The position numbers and the translations under genes are program-made. A stretch of DNA of 64,000 nucleotides from a virus: the IMG/VR virus record IMGVR_UViG_3300036771_000052, positions 33,862-97,861 of that record, one strand, 5' to 3'. Below the pieces are notes generated by a model. That model was not told the DNA's origin. It saw only the letters and a program-made list of their open reading frames with translations, and searched no databases. Every line of letters starts with the position of its first letter. Position 1 is the first letter of the stretch. Of the stretch, positions 1-10,183 are shown in pieces.

Positions 1-314
1 TCAGTCAGGTGTGGTCCGGCGGCGGCATTGAGGCGACGTTCACTAACTATTCGCGGCAGACCATCACCAGCTCGGGTATCACGATCGGGGTCAACACCGG
101 CACCGGGACAGCCACGGTGAGTGTGCCGAGCCAAGTGTGGAACGCCGCTGGTGGCGCGACCAATAACACGTTGGGCGCGTTGCTCACTTGTTACCAGCCG
201 ACGTCGATCAGTGCGGATTCCAGTATTCAGTTGTTGACGAAACATAATTTTGCGGCGACGACGACGGGTGGGAATCTGACTGCTGTCATCACGTCTGTCG
301 GGACTGTGACGTAA
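1..314 (+). CDS. Virion structural protein, 5' truncated by window edge
   Basis: Thr/Gly-rich ORF, stop overlaps next start (TAATG); tail-region context. Confidence 0.6.
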   Translation, partial: SQVWSGGGIEATFTNYSRQTITSSGITIGVNTGTGTATVSVPSQVWNAAGGATNNTLGALLTCYQPTSISADSSIQLLTKHNFAATTTGGNLTAVITSVGTVT

Positions 315-1093
315 TGCCGGCAACTCTCCAGTTCTTTGACATGACTGCGTCGGTCACTCCACCCAAAGGTCATTTGGAGCCATTGGTGATCACGTTGGGT
401 CCGAACTGGCAGCCTAACGATATCCGGTTGTTCATCGCTTCCGGGTCGGCGTCTGAGACCGCGCCAGGCGGGACTGTCTCGGTTGAGATGCCGATGCTGA
501 CGGACCCGCCGCCTGCTTTCACCGCGGCATACAGTCTCAATCCCGGCAACGAGACACACGGTGTGTATTACCGCCGGCTTGTGGCTGGGGATGACGACCA
601 GTTTGTGGACTGGGTGAAACCGCCGAACTGGATGCATTACATGACCGCGTTTCTCACGGTGCGGGGAGTGGACCCGGGCACTAACCCCACGGCGGGGTCA
701 TTGTCGGCTGGGTTCCCTGGCCGTATCAGCTACATCACCGCCGATTCCACGGACAGCACCACGGTCAGTTCGATCACGGTGCCGCATGCGGGGACGATGG
801 TTTTCGCCATCGGGAATGTTGCCGCGCCGTCGTCCACACCGTGGCCGAACTGGGCGGTGGCTATGGGTGTTCCGTCGGGTTGGACACCGCTGGTCGCCAC
901 TCCGAATAGCGGGAACACCTATTACCAGTACGACACGAATCCGTGTTTCGAGGTAGTGGCGAATTCGTATAGCGCGGCCGGGTCGACCGGGAGCGTGGTG
1001 TTCCCGACTGGTCAAGGGTCTCCTGCGTTTGCGGGTTTGTATGTGTTTCTGACTCCGGCACCTGATGTGTCGGTGACGGTGGGAGCTGCGTAG
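314..1093 (+). CDS. Putative minor tail/virion protein
   Basis: 259 aa, beta-rich composition, coupled to upstream gene. Confidence 0.6.
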   Translation: MPATLQFFDMTASVTPPKGHLEPLVITLGPNWQPNDIRLFIASGSASETAPGGTVSVEMPMLTDPPPAFTAAYSLNPGNETHGVYYRRLVAGDDDQFVDWVKPPNWMHYMTAFLTVRGVDPGTNPTAGSLSAGFPGRISYITADSTDSTTVSSITVPHAGTMVFAIGNVAAPSSTPWPNWAVAMGVPSGWTPLVATPNSGNTYYQYDTNPCFEVVANSYSAAGSTGSVVFPTGQGSPAFAGLYVFLTPAPDVSVTVGAA

Positions 1094-1115
1094 CTTCGGA
1101 GAGAAAGCATGAGGA

Positions 1116-1739
1116 ATGACAGTACCTGAGAACGGTGTCCTGGTGGTACGGAACTTCGTGTTACCGCCGGAGGTGGCGTTGCTTGTTTCCATACTTGACG
1201 CCGCCGACGAACCTACCGAACTTAAGTCGGGAGAAGATCGCCAAATCCTCTTTAAGAGAGGCGTGCGCCGCACAGAGATCGAAGTGTCGGAAAAGATGTC
1301 CGCGCTATTGGAACCCGCTGTTGTCAAGCAGGTTTTAGCTATCCGGGACCGGGTTGCCGCGGCTATGTGCGAGGTTTTCGAGGTTCAGGGGCACAGCAAC
1401 GATTTCAGTGCGCTGGTGGAGATGCGCGAGGGCGATTCTCATCGGCTCCACGCGGACGCCGAGAGGCTCACCCCGAAGGGGTGGCAGCCGAACCATTGTC
1501 CCTGGCGCAGCCTTTCCGCTCTCCTCTATCTCAACACCCAAGGTGTCGACTTCGAAGGCGGCCAGCTGAGCCTTCCCGGGGTTGGGCTGACTCTCTCCCC
1601 TGAGGTCGGGATGTTGGTGGCGTTCACCGCTGGCCGCCGCCACCAACATGAGGTGTGGACGATCACGGCTGGTAAGCGCCGGACGATGCCGGTCTGGCTA
1701 CGAGATGATCATTGGGTACCCGGCGCGCCCACTGAATAG
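1116..1739 (+). CDS. 2OG-Fe(II) oxygenase, prolyl-4-hydroxylase-like
   Basis: HxD (LHAD), LSALLYLN..DFEGG.L, distal His (HQHEV) and 2OG-binding Arg (GKRRT); RBS GAGGA. Confidence 0.85.
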   Translation: MTVPENGVLVVRNFVLPPEVALLVSILDAADEPTELKSGEDRQILFKRGVRRTEIEVSEKMSALLEPAVVKQVLAIRDRVAAAMCEVFEVQGHSNDFSALVEMREGDSHRLHADAERLTPKGWQPNHCPWRSLSALLYLNTQGVDFEGGQLSLPGVGLTLSPEVGMLVAFTAGRRHQHEVWTITAGKRRTMPVWLRDDHWVPGAPTE

Positions 1740-1794
1740 TCCCTCGTTGAGCACCCGAATCGGGGTTTCAGGGGTTTAGAAATCGGGGTTTTTC

Positions 1795-3420
1795 ATGGCT
1801 GAAATAGATGCCGCAACTACGATCACCCCGAATGTGTCCACCGCGGTTACTTACGCGATTTCGCCGGCGTTTGAGGTGGACAGTTCGGGTCCGGTGTTTA
1901 ATCCGTTGTTGGGGTATTGGCAGTCTGATCCGTTGGTGTTGCCGGGGAATCCGGTGACGGGGTCGGTGGTGCGGTGGACCGCGAATGTCCCTGTAGGTAC
2001 GGGTCTTGTGGTGCAGACGAGTATCAATAATGGTGTGTCGTGGGATTTGGCCACGAATGACCAGTCTGTGCCGCGGCTGCTGAATGGTGATACCACTACG
2101 CAGTCGGTGTTGGCGAAGATCACGATGACGAGAGCCACGAGTCCGTCGTTGTTCCCGAGTCCGTCGTTGTTCCCGAGTCCGTCTTTGTATCCAAGTGGTT
2201 CGCCGCCGTCGGTGTCCTACTTCGAATTAGATGTGTCGGTCGACGCCAGCGTTGACGAGCTGGTCCCGATCGGTGTGGGGATGATTGATGATGTCACCAC
2301 CCACGCTACAGCCGGTACGTCCGGTTCCGGTTCAACCACGAATGTTTCCACCTCTACCAGCGTGGTCAGCCAGGGTGGTGGCCAGTTCGGCGGCGGAGTC
2401 GCAATTAAGGTTCATGCTAACGATTTGAGTTACGCGATCAAAAGGAACGTGTGGCAACAACCATATACGGTTCCTAGTGGATTGTTGTACACCGACGCTA
2501 TTAAGGCGATGGTGGAGGATCGTTTGCCGTCGCAGACCGCTTTCAATCTGTCGACCACAACAGCGACTACTCCTCTGTTGGTTTATGGCGCGTCGCAGGG
2601 TGGTGATCCGTGGCAGGACATTATGGAGTTGGCGGCGGCTATCGGGTTCGAAGTGTTTTTCGACGCCACCGGAGTGTGTGTGGTGCGGCCAATTCCCGAT
2701 CCGGGTATCGGCGACCCGGTGTGGGCTTTTGACGAGAATCTTGTTCCGCTGGTAGCGGAGGCGGAATTTGATTTGAGCTCGGAGCAAACATTCAATGACA
2801 TTGTCGTTGTTGGCCAGTCGACTTCGTCGGCTAATCCTTTTTCCGGGGAGGCATTTGATAATGACCCAAACTCTCCGACATATATTTTGGGTCCGTATGG
2901 TCGGGTCACGCAGCGGGTTAATTCGTCTCTGATCACCTCACAGTATCAGGCGCAGGCGATGGCGTATTCCGCTTTGTATGCGTCGCTCGGCGCGGCTAAT
3001 ACGGTGACTTTGACGACTGTTCCGATGCCGGCGTTGGAGCCGGGGGACATCATCTTCATTGTGTGTTCGGATGTGAAAGCGAACGGCACCTATATGATTA
3101 ACCATTTGGAAATGCCGCTTTCCCCCGCTGATCCAGCTATTTACACGTGTTTCCGCCAGTCTACGAGTGGGACGTTGGGGTTGGCCGGTGCGTTCGGCGT
3201 CACCGATGGTGTCACGATTAGTGGTTCCGCGGTGATCACGTCCGAGTCCGCGGGCTTCACTTCGGGTGATATTGGTGCGTCGGTTTATGGGGTGGGGATT
3301 CCTGTGAATGCGACGATCATTTCGATCACCGATCCCGATACCGCGGTGATGTCGGCGAACGCGACCGCTTCGAACACTGATGTGTATTTGGTTGTGAGTG
3401 TCGGTTCCGGCACTCTCTAG
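1795..3420 (+). CDS. Minor tail protein (baseplate hub-like)
   Basis: 541 aa; DPW..I..LA.AIG.EVFFD..G, FNDIVV.G, YGRV and P.LEPGD motifs typical of actinophage tail hub proteins. Confidence 0.7.
   Translation: MAEIDAATTITPNVSTAVTYAISPAFEVDSSGPVFNPLLGYWQSDPLVLPGNPVTGSVVRWTANVPVGTGLVVQTSINNGVSWDLATNDQSVPRLLNGDTTTQSVLAKITMTRATSPSLFPSPSLFPSPSLYPSGSPPSVSYFELDVSVDASVDELVPIGVGMIDDVTTHATAGTSGSGSTTNVSTSTSVVSQGGGQFGGGVAIKVHANDLSYAIKRNVWQQPYTVPSGLLYTDAIKAMVEDRLPSQTAFNLSTTTATTPLLVYGASQGGDPWQDIMELAAAIGFEVFFDATGVCVVRPIPDPGIGDPVWAFDENLVPLVAEAEFDLSSEQTFNDIVVVGQSTSSANPFSGEAFDNDPNSPTYILGPYGRVTQRVNSSLITSQYQAQAMAYSALYASLGAANTVTLTTVPMPALEPGDIIFIVCSDVKANGTYMINHLEMPLSPADPAIYTCFRQSTSGTLGLAGAFGVTDGVTISGSAVITSESAGFTSGDIGASVYGVGIPVNATIISITDPDTAVMSANATASNTDVYLVVSVGSGTL
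2143..2196 (+). repeat. 3 x 18-bp in-frame tandem repeat (PSLFPS/PSLYPS)
   Basis: ccgtcgttgttcccgagt x2 plus a degenerate third copy. Confidence 0.9.
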
Positions 3421-3428
3421 GAGATGTT

Positions 3429-3746
3429 ATGGCTACAGGTTCGGCTATTGCTCGCGCGGCGCGCGCCATCAAGAACGCGAATACCACAAATACGGCGTGG
3501 ATGACACGCTCCGGTGTTTTAACAGTCCACATGGGGACATTGACCAGGGTTGACCCTTTCAACGGGGTGGCGGATTTTCAGTTCCCTGATCCGTCTGTGC
3601 CGATTGTGCAGTCGGTGAGCTACCTCCAGCCGTACAGTTCGACGAACACTCCATCGGTGGGGGATGTTGTTATTGCTCACCAGTTCGGTAACGGTTTCAT
3701 GATTATGGGTCAGCATATTGTTTTGAACGGTTTGGTGAGCATGTGA
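3429..3746 (+). CDS. Small tail protein
   Basis: 105 aa, P.VGDVV motif, RBS GGAGA. Confidence 0.6.
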   Translation: MATGSAIARAARAIKNANTTNTAWMTRSGVLTVHMGTLTRVDPFNGVADFQFPDPSVPIVQSVSYLQPYSSTNTPSVGDVVIAHQFGNGFMIMGQHIVLNGLVSM

Positions 3747-4135
3747 CATCACCTCAGGGTCTGACCACGTTGGTGTATCCGTTGTGTATCCCGCAGGGAG
3801 CGGATTGGCCTGGTATCGATTTCCCGATTATTGGTCCGGATGGTTCGCCGTACGATTTGACGGGGTGTTCGGCGTTGGGTCAGATTCGGTCTTCCCCCGG
3901 GTCGGATCAGTTGTATTTCACGTGGTCCACATCCCCTACCACGGGTCAAGGTTTGATCACCTTATCGGCTAGCGTTCTGAATATCAGGGTATTGGCGGCT
4001 GAGTCGTCTTTGTGGACGTTCGAGTATGGCGCCTACGACATTCTATTAACTAACCCTGCCGCTCCTACGGGTTTTCAGGAATCCCGGGTTGTGATGGGTA
4101 AAGTCATTGTTTCTCAAGAGGTAACGGTTCTATGA
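3743..4135 (+). CDS. Tail-associated beta-sandwich protein
   Basis: IPQGADW, P.DLTG..A..QIR, YDILLT motifs. Confidence 0.65.
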   Translation: MTSPQGLTTLVYPLCIPQGADWPGIDFPIIGPDGSPYDLTGCSALGQIRSSPGSDQLYFTWSTSPTTGQGLITLSASVLNIRVLAAESSLWTFEYGAYDILLTNPAAPTGFQESRVVMGKVIVSQEVTVL

Positions 4136-4308
4136 GCGAAGTTCGTGTTCCCCGTAAATGCATCTATTGCAAGGTTGAAGACACTGAGCCTAAGCATGAA
4201 AATATTTTGCCGGGGTTTGTGTCTGTGTATGCGCATAAGGGTTGTTGCGCGGATGTCACCAATTGTGAGTTGTGCGGTCCTGAGGTCCTGGAAGGGGTTA
4301 ATCAGTGA
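4132..4308 (+). CDS. 58-aa Cys/His-rich protein (not in ORF track)
   Basis: MSEVRVPRKCIYCK...HKGCCADVTNCELCG...; 4-bp overlaps with both neighbours. Confidence 0.65.
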   Translation: MSEVRVPRKCIYCKVEDTEPKHENILPGFVSVYAHKGCCADVTNCELCGPEVLEGVNQ

Positions 4309-4706
4309 GTAATATCGTTACCGTTGAGGCTAACAACATTTTGGGTTCGAGTGTCGCCGGGAGCTCTTACACCGCTCCGACAACGCCGGTGAATTTGGCG
4401 TTGATCACCACTACCACTCCTTCGACCGCTACCGCGGCTGGTAGCGAGGTGTCGGGTGGGTCGTATGCGCGTATGTCCACTGCGGGTATTTGGGGGTCGG
4501 CGTCTAGCGGGTCGATCACTAATTCGGCGGGGTCGGTGAGTTTCACCAGCATGCCATCTTGCACCATCGGCGGTATCGAGTTGTGGGATTCCGCAGGTAC
4601 TCCTATTCGACGTTGGTTCGGAACTTTAACCGGCGGCAGCAAAACTGTGAACAGCGGCGACACCGTCACATTCGCCACATCGAGCATCTCCATCAGCTTG
4701 TCCTAA
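4305..4706 (+). CDS. Small tail fibre-associated protein
   Basis: LAL.T..P....G.EVSGGSYAR...SKTVNSGDT.TF motif common in phage tail regions. Confidence 0.7.
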   Translation: MSNIVTVEANNILGSSVAGSSYTAPTTPVNLALITTTTPSTATAAGSEVSGGSYARMSTAGIWGSASSGSITNSAGSVSFTSMPSCTIGGIELWDSAGTPIRRWFGTLTGGSKTVNSGDTVTFATSSISISLS

Positions 4707-4756
4707 AAGTCTAGGCCGGGTATCCGGTCATCTAATCGGTGGAGGGATGACCGGGT

Positions 4757-7657
4757 ATGGCTATCGCGTTCGTTTCCGTCGGCGCCGTCCCCACTAGCGG
4801 CAGCTTCGGCGCCGGTTCCGTTTCTTGTCCGTATCCTGCTAGTATTGTTGCTGGGGATATTCTGATCCTGTTCGCCGGGATGACTGGTGGCAGCGGAACA
4901 TGGAACACCCCGTCGGGTTGGACGCTTCAACAAAAAAATAACAACATTCTGTCCGATCTTGGTGTGGTGTGTTTCACCAAGGTCGCGTCGGGTAGCGAAA
5001 CCGGCTCGTTAGTTGTTGGTAACGGTGGCACGGCTGGTGTTGAGCATGTGTGTATGCTGCTGTATAGCGGCCAAAACTCCACAACACCTATCGGTAACAC
5101 CGCGCTCGCGGTCAGTACATCCACGAGTACCACATCTCCCACCCAGGGAACTGTTACACCTGGCGCCAGTGATGTGGTGGTCCGCTGTTACATGGTGGGA
5201 CAAGTAACAGGTTCCACTACGGGTACGGTCACGTTCCCGACCGGAACAACTTGGACATCGCGTCTCAACTTCTTCACAAAAACCTCCAGCCACGTAAACG
5301 TCGGCACTATCGTTGTCGATAAAACAGCTGGTACAGACACCGAAACAGTTACGGCTAACTCGGCTGGCGCGTGGGGTGTCATCGACGTTGTTATCCAGTC
5401 GAGCCTCACAGTGTGGAACGCGGCGGCTTCTTTGGCCGCTACCGCCGGATTGTCCGCGAACGCGCATGACACACAACACCCGGCGGCGGCGTTCTCAGCG
5501 CATGGTGCGTTAGCCGCTACAGCGACGGATCACATTCCGGCTACAGCGTCGTTGTCGACGCATGCTGGATTGTCGGCTGCCGCGACCGACACTGTTTTCG
5601 GCGCTGTTTCGATGTCGGCGACAGCTGGGTTGTTGGCCAGTTCCGTTTCGCAGTTCGCGGGGTCGGCGTCGTTGTCCGCGTCGGCTTCGTTGTCGACGAC
5701 AGCCAAAGACATCATTCCTGCTGCCGGGACGCTAGCGGCTAATGGTTCTTTGTCGGCGACACTAGAGGTTGTTGTCCCCGCCGCGGCGTCACTATCGGCG
5801 ACTGCGGGGTTAATTTCAGCCGCCACGGTAACCGAGCTCCCACATGTGGCTCTGTCCACTACGGGGTCGCTATCGGCGACGCCGCGGGCGACCGTCCTAC
5901 CATCGGCGGCGTTAACAGCCTCTACAGGTCTGTCGTCGTCGTCTATCGACGCCAGTCACGGAGTGGTCGCGGCTTCGGCTGTGACTGGGTTGTCGGCCGC
6001 CGCGAAGATCACCGAATTCCCAGCCGTCTCCTTCACCGCATCAGGGTCTTTGACCGCCGCGGTACACGACGCCATCTACCCGATGGTGTCGCTGTCGGCG
6101 AACGCAATTATGTCCGTCCCGGCGGAAGACACCACCCTCCCCGATTCGACATTCACCGCCGCGGCTGGTCTGTCCGTCCTGGCGCATGTCACCGTGTTGG
6201 GTTCGGCGCATCTGTCCGCGACAGCGGGACTTACCGCTAGCGCTCACGCAAGTGTTGTGTCCGCAACAACGCTGTCGGCGACCACAACACTGTCGGCTTC
6301 ACCTGTCGATACTGTTTCAGCGGCTGTTGTTTTGGCCGCGCATGGCGGGTTAACGGCGCAACCCACCGACCTCATCCACACGTCAGTAGCGTTCACCGTT
6401 TCCGCTGGGTTGACGGCGCACGCGGTTGACATTGTTTATGCGGCGGCATCGTTGGCCGCCGCCGGAGGGTTCAGCTCCACCCCAACGGATTTGGCCACAG
6501 TTGGTCTGTCCGCTGTTGCTCATTTGTCCGCTGTTGCAGTCGACACTATCCACGCGGCTGTTTCCTTCACCGCAACAGGGTTGTTGACCGCGACCGGATT
6601 CGCCACCGTTCACGGCTTGTGCGCGATGGCCGCCGCAGCTACTGCGCATGCGTCTTGTCTTGTCAGAACACTCCCAACAGTCGGCTTAACCGCACACGCA
6701 GTATTGACGTCTTCCGCAAGGGACGTCACCTTCCCCGCAGTGGGGTTGTCGACGGCTGCGTCTTTGTTGGCGACGGCTGTTGATGTTGTTCGTCCGCATG
6801 TGGCGTTGTCGGCTTCGGCGAGTTTGTTGGCGTCAGCCACCGATTCCGTCGGCGGCGCCGTCCACCTAGCGTCAACCGCAACACTCACCGCTAACGCGGT
6901 TTCCACTGTTCGACCCGCAACTGTTCTGTCGGCGACCGCGAACCTCACAGATCGAGCGGTCGACACCACCCGTCCAACTGTGGGGTTGACTGCGTCTGCC
7001 GGTTTAGCGGCGACCGCGGAACTCGCTCTCCCCGTCCATGCTGTTCTTACCGCATCGGCTGGTTTGGCAACTGTCGCGGTGGATCACATCCTGCCGACGG
7101 CTACATTGCTGGCCACCGCCGGGTTGATCGCACACCCAATTGTTCGGGTGTTCCCGGCGGTGTTTCTCGCCGCGGCCTCATCTTTTGCTGTTGGGATGGA
7201 TGTTTCGGTCCCGGCGGCTGTGGTGGCCGCCGCGACCGCCGCATTGGATGTGACCGCGACACTCGAAGCGGTCAACAGCATCCACATGGCGGCGGGTACT
7301 TCATTCACCGCCGAAATGCGGGTGATCGCGGTAGCCGGCGCCACACTCGCCGCTCAAACCAACATCACCGCGAACCCGCAACTGGATCATTACCCAGTTG
7401 CGGTGTTGGGTGCGTTCGCTGCGTTAACCGCAACAGGTCATATCCGGTTGTGGGAAGCGTTCTGCAATACACCGCATGTGGTGGCGGGGGTTATCGCGGC
7501 GCAGGCAATCGCATTGGCCGTTGTCCGAGCCGCATACGGCAACCCGGTTGGTGTGACAACCGCCGAGAACGGAACCCCGGTGATACCGGTTCGCGCAGCC
7601 ACCGGGGTTCCATTGGCTGCCACGGATTCCGGTTCGCCATCTCGCGTAGTGCATTAG
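4757..7657 (+). CDS. Long Ala/Thr-rich repeat fibre protein (966 aa)
   Basis: Globular N-terminal domain, then >30 ~20-aa repeats of consensus (S/A)LSATAGL.A. Confidence 0.75.
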   Translation: MAIAFVSVGAVPTSGSFGAGSVSCPYPASIVAGDILILFAGMTGGSGTWNTPSGWTLQQKNNNILSDLGVVCFTKVASGSETGSLVVGNGGTAGVEHVCMLLYSGQNSTTPIGNTALAVSTSTSTTSPTQGTVTPGASDVVVRCYMVGQVTGSTTGTVTFPTGTTWTSRLNFFTKTSSHVNVGTIVVDKTAGTDTETVTANSAGAWGVIDVVIQSSLTVWNAAASLAATAGLSANAHDTQHPAAAFSAHGALAATATDHIPATASLSTHAGLSAAATDTVFGAVSMSATAGLLASSVSQFAGSASLSASASLSTTAKDIIPAAGTLAANGSLSATLEVVVPAAASLSATAGLISAATVTELPHVALSTTGSLSATPRATVLPSAALTASTGLSSSSIDASHGVVAASAVTGLSAAAKITEFPAVSFTASGSLTAAVHDAIYPMVSLSANAIMSVPAEDTTLPDSTFTAAAGLSVLAHVTVLGSAHLSATAGLTASAHASVVSATTLSATTTLSASPVDTVSAAVVLAAHGGLTAQPTDLIHTSVAFTVSAGLTAHAVDIVYAAASLAAAGGFSSTPTDLATVGLSAVAHLSAVAVDTIHAAVSFTATGLLTATGFATVHGLCAMAAAATAHASCLVRTLPTVGLTAHAVLTSSARDVTFPAVGLSTAASLLATAVDVVRPHVALSASASLLASATDSVGGAVHLASTATLTANAVSTVRPATVLSATANLTDRAVDTTRPTVGLTASAGLAATAELALPVHAVLTASAGLATVAVDHILPTATLLATAGLIAHPIVRVFPAVFLAAASSFAVGMDVSVPAAVVAAATAALDVTATLEAVNSIHMAAGTSFTAEMRVIAVAGATLAAQTNITANPQLDHYPVAVLGAFAALTATGHIRLWEAFCNTPHVVAGVIAAQAIALAVVRAAYGNPVGVTTAENGTPVIPVRAATGVPLAATDSGSPSRVVH

Positions 7658-7666
7658 GAGCTATTT

Positions 7667-8812
7667 GTGTCATACCCAACTGACCCGGTACCGAATTGGC
7701 AGGACTCTCCGTCTGCGGCGACACCGCTCGATGCCGCTAATTTGAATGAAGACAGCACCGCAATCCAGCAGTTGCAAACGTATGTGACGACGTTGCAGCC
7801 GCAGATTCCGTTCACGGGTGTTCAAACAGCTAGTACTGTCACCGCCACGGCGAACACGTATGTGTTGGTGTCGACTGCATCGAATGCGGTGACGGTGAGT
7901 ATGCCGGTTGCGCCGCCGAACTTCACTATCGTTGGTATTAAGATGGTCGCGCAGGCCGGTACTAATATGGTGACCGCGCAGCTGGGTGGGTCGGACCATT
8001 TTGATACTGCAACTGGTTCGACGACCGCGACGTTGAAGTTGCTCGGCGCGGCTGGGATTTGGCAGTACAGCTCGTCCACCGCTGTGTGGGTGCGTATCTC
8101 GGATGATTTGCCGTTAGGCCAGCTGGATTTGCGGTATGTGAACTCGGTGACCGCCGCGGATTCGTCGATCACGGTCGCCGGAACAACGGTCGCTCCGACG
8201 GTGAAAGTCGCGCAAGCTAACTTGACGCTCGCCGAATCACAGATCACCGGTCTCGTCGCTAACCTGAATCAAACTAATCAGGGTGGTGGTGTGTGGGGTT
8301 CAAACACGTACGGCAACCAGATGTCTAACATCGGGATCGACGACGCCACCGGCACCTACCTTATGGTTACCGCGTCTAGAACATTGTTGATGCTGATCGG
8401 TCTAGCGCCGGCCGCGACGTATTCCACATTCAAACTGTATGTCACCAATGCTGCGGCGTCGAGTACCTTGACCGCTGCGTTGTACAGTTCTAGCACGCTC
8501 ACGAACACGTCGTGGTCTCGTCTCGGTTCCGGGAACATCACCCCGGTCATCACAGCAAACGGGTTGGTGTCGACAGCTATCTCGTTCACCCTCGCTTCCC
8601 CCGCATATGTGGTGGCGGAAATGGTTCTGACGACTGCCACCAACTTCCCCACCTTCGCGGCGTCCGCTTCGGGTACGGCGGGTTTGTTGAATCCATCTTC
8701 GGGGTGTCCGGTGGCGGCCAACTTGAACGCGTCGTCCGCGCCCGCGGCAACTTTGAACCCGACGACTGGTTTCACAAATATGGCTCAGAAGGTTTGGTGC
8801 GCGCTCGCTTAA
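7667..8812 (+). CDS. Tail fibre/receptor-binding-like protein
   Basis: N-terminal WQDSPS..TPLDAANLN motif, ESQITGL repeat, beta-rich C-terminus. Confidence 0.65.
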   Translation: MSYPTDPVPNWQDSPSAATPLDAANLNEDSTAIQQLQTYVTTLQPQIPFTGVQTASTVTATANTYVLVSTASNAVTVSMPVAPPNFTIVGIKMVAQAGTNMVTAQLGGSDHFDTATGSTTATLKLLGAAGIWQYSSSTAVWVRISDDLPLGQLDLRYVNSVTAADSSITVAGTTVAPTVKVAQANLTLAESQITGLVANLNQTNQGGGVWGSNTYGNQMSNIGIDDATGTYLMVTASRTLLMLIGLAPAATYSTFKLYVTNAAASSTLTAALYSSSTLTNTSWSRLGSGNITPVITANGLVSTAISFTLASPAYVVAEMVLTTATNFPTFAASASGTAGLLNPSSGCPVAANLNASSAPAATLNPTTGFTNMAQKVWCALA

Positions 8813-8851
8813 CCATTATTTCAATCTATTCGAATTTTTGCTAGGACGGCG

Positions 8852-9658
8852 ATGAGTCTCCCCGAGAATGTGAATGTCGTCCGGGTCCGCGGCTACTGGC
8901 TCGACCAATCAGGTCAAGGTACGACACGTTCAATTAACTTCCAGCCTCTGCCATGCGACCTGGTCACCGACAGCGGCGCGTTCGCCTACATTTCCACCAC
9001 AAACACCAGAATCGTACCCGACCCAACAACCGGGTACTTCTACGCCGATTTGATCGCCACGAACGACCCGGACTTGACCCCGTTCACATGGAAAGTGACA
9101 TTACAGGGTCAGCCGCCGTTCACCATCGAAGTCGACTACCAATCACCAACCGTTGACGTCGGTGACGGTGTGATGATGCAGGCGGTGTGGCTAGTGGACG
9201 CCGCCACCACAACAGTCCCACAACCAATTAGTTCTTATTACACCAAAACACAAACAGACGCCGCGATCGCCACCGCTATCGACGGAATAACCCTAGGCGC
9301 AGCCACCTCACTCACGACAACCGCCGTCGCGGCTGCCGCATTGTCGGGACACCAAATCGTCACCCCCGCCGCAAACGGGACCGTGAACTACGCCGACAAC
9401 ACTTCGACACCCTCGGGTGCGCCACTGTGGATGACCACCGCAGCCGTAACACAAGGCACCAGCGCAACCGTCCTCACCGCCGGACCGTGGACCGAACCGT
9501 CATGGACGTGGACACCCGGACCGATCTACCTCGGCGCCGCCGGCGTAATCACCCAGACCGTCCCGACAGCGCCAGCGTTCCTGGCTCAGATCGGCTATGC
9601 CACCACCCCCACGTCGATTGTGCTCGACCGGTGGCCATCAATCATCCTCGCCTCATAA
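8852..9658 (+). CDS. Virion structural protein
   Basis: L.ATNDPDL.P..W.V motif; YYTKTQTDAAI linker; C-terminal W.WTPG.IYLG..G..TQT.P domain. Confidence 0.6.
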   Translation: MSLPENVNVVRVRGYWLDQSGQGTTRSINFQPLPCDLVTDSGAFAYISTTNTRIVPDPTTGYFYADLIATNDPDLTPFTWKVTLQGQPPFTIEVDYQSPTVDVGDGVMMQAVWLVDAATTTVPQPISSYYTKTQTDAAIATAIDGITLGAATSLTTTAVAAAALSGHQIVTPAANGTVNYADNTSTPSGAPLWMTTAAVTQGTSATVLTAGPWTEPSWTWTPGPIYLGAAGVITQTVPTAPAFLAQIGYATTPTSIVLDRWPSIILAS

Positions 9659-9670
9659 GGGAGAGCTTTC

Positions 9671-10183
9671 ATGGCTGGAAACAAATACCTCTCGAATAAC
9701 GCCGGCACGATCACAGAAGTGCACGGGACTCAGGTGTCGGCTGGTGGCGCGAACGCCAACCAGATTCCCGCGTTGAACGCGAGCGGTGTGTTCGACACCT
9801 CGCTGCTACCTACCGGAATTGGCGCAGATACCGCTCAGATCGTCGCTAGCGAAGCTCTCTCGGCTGGTGCGTTCGTGAACGTGTGGAACAACAGCAGCGC
9901 GTTCAATGTCCGCAACGCCGACGGTTCAACCTCCGGCAAGGAGGCACACGGGTTCGTCTTGGCCGCAGTCAGTTCAAGTGGTACCGCCACGGTTTATTTC
10001 GCCGGCACCAACAACGCTGTTACCGGTGTCACTGCGGGTGTGCAGTACCTGTCGTCGTCCGCGGTGGGGGGGTTTAGCTCCACCGCGCCGTCGGGTTCGG
10101 GTCAGACTGTGCAACGTCTCGGCGTTGGTACCACTTCCACGGCGATTGATTTCAATCGGCAAACCCCGATCGTTCTCGCATGA
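9671..10183 (+). CDS. Virion structural protein
   Basis: ASEALSAG.FVNVW...RNAD....KEAHGFV motif of a widespread phage family. Confidence 0.6.
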   Translation: MAGNKYLSNNAGTITEVHGTQVSAGGANANQIPALNASGVFDTSLLPTGIGADTAQIVASEALSAGAFVNVWNNSSAFNVRNADGSTSGKEAHGFVLAAVSSSGTATVYFAGTNNAVTGVTAGVQYLSSSAVGGFSSTAPSGSGQTVQRLGVGTTSTAIDFNRQTPIVLA

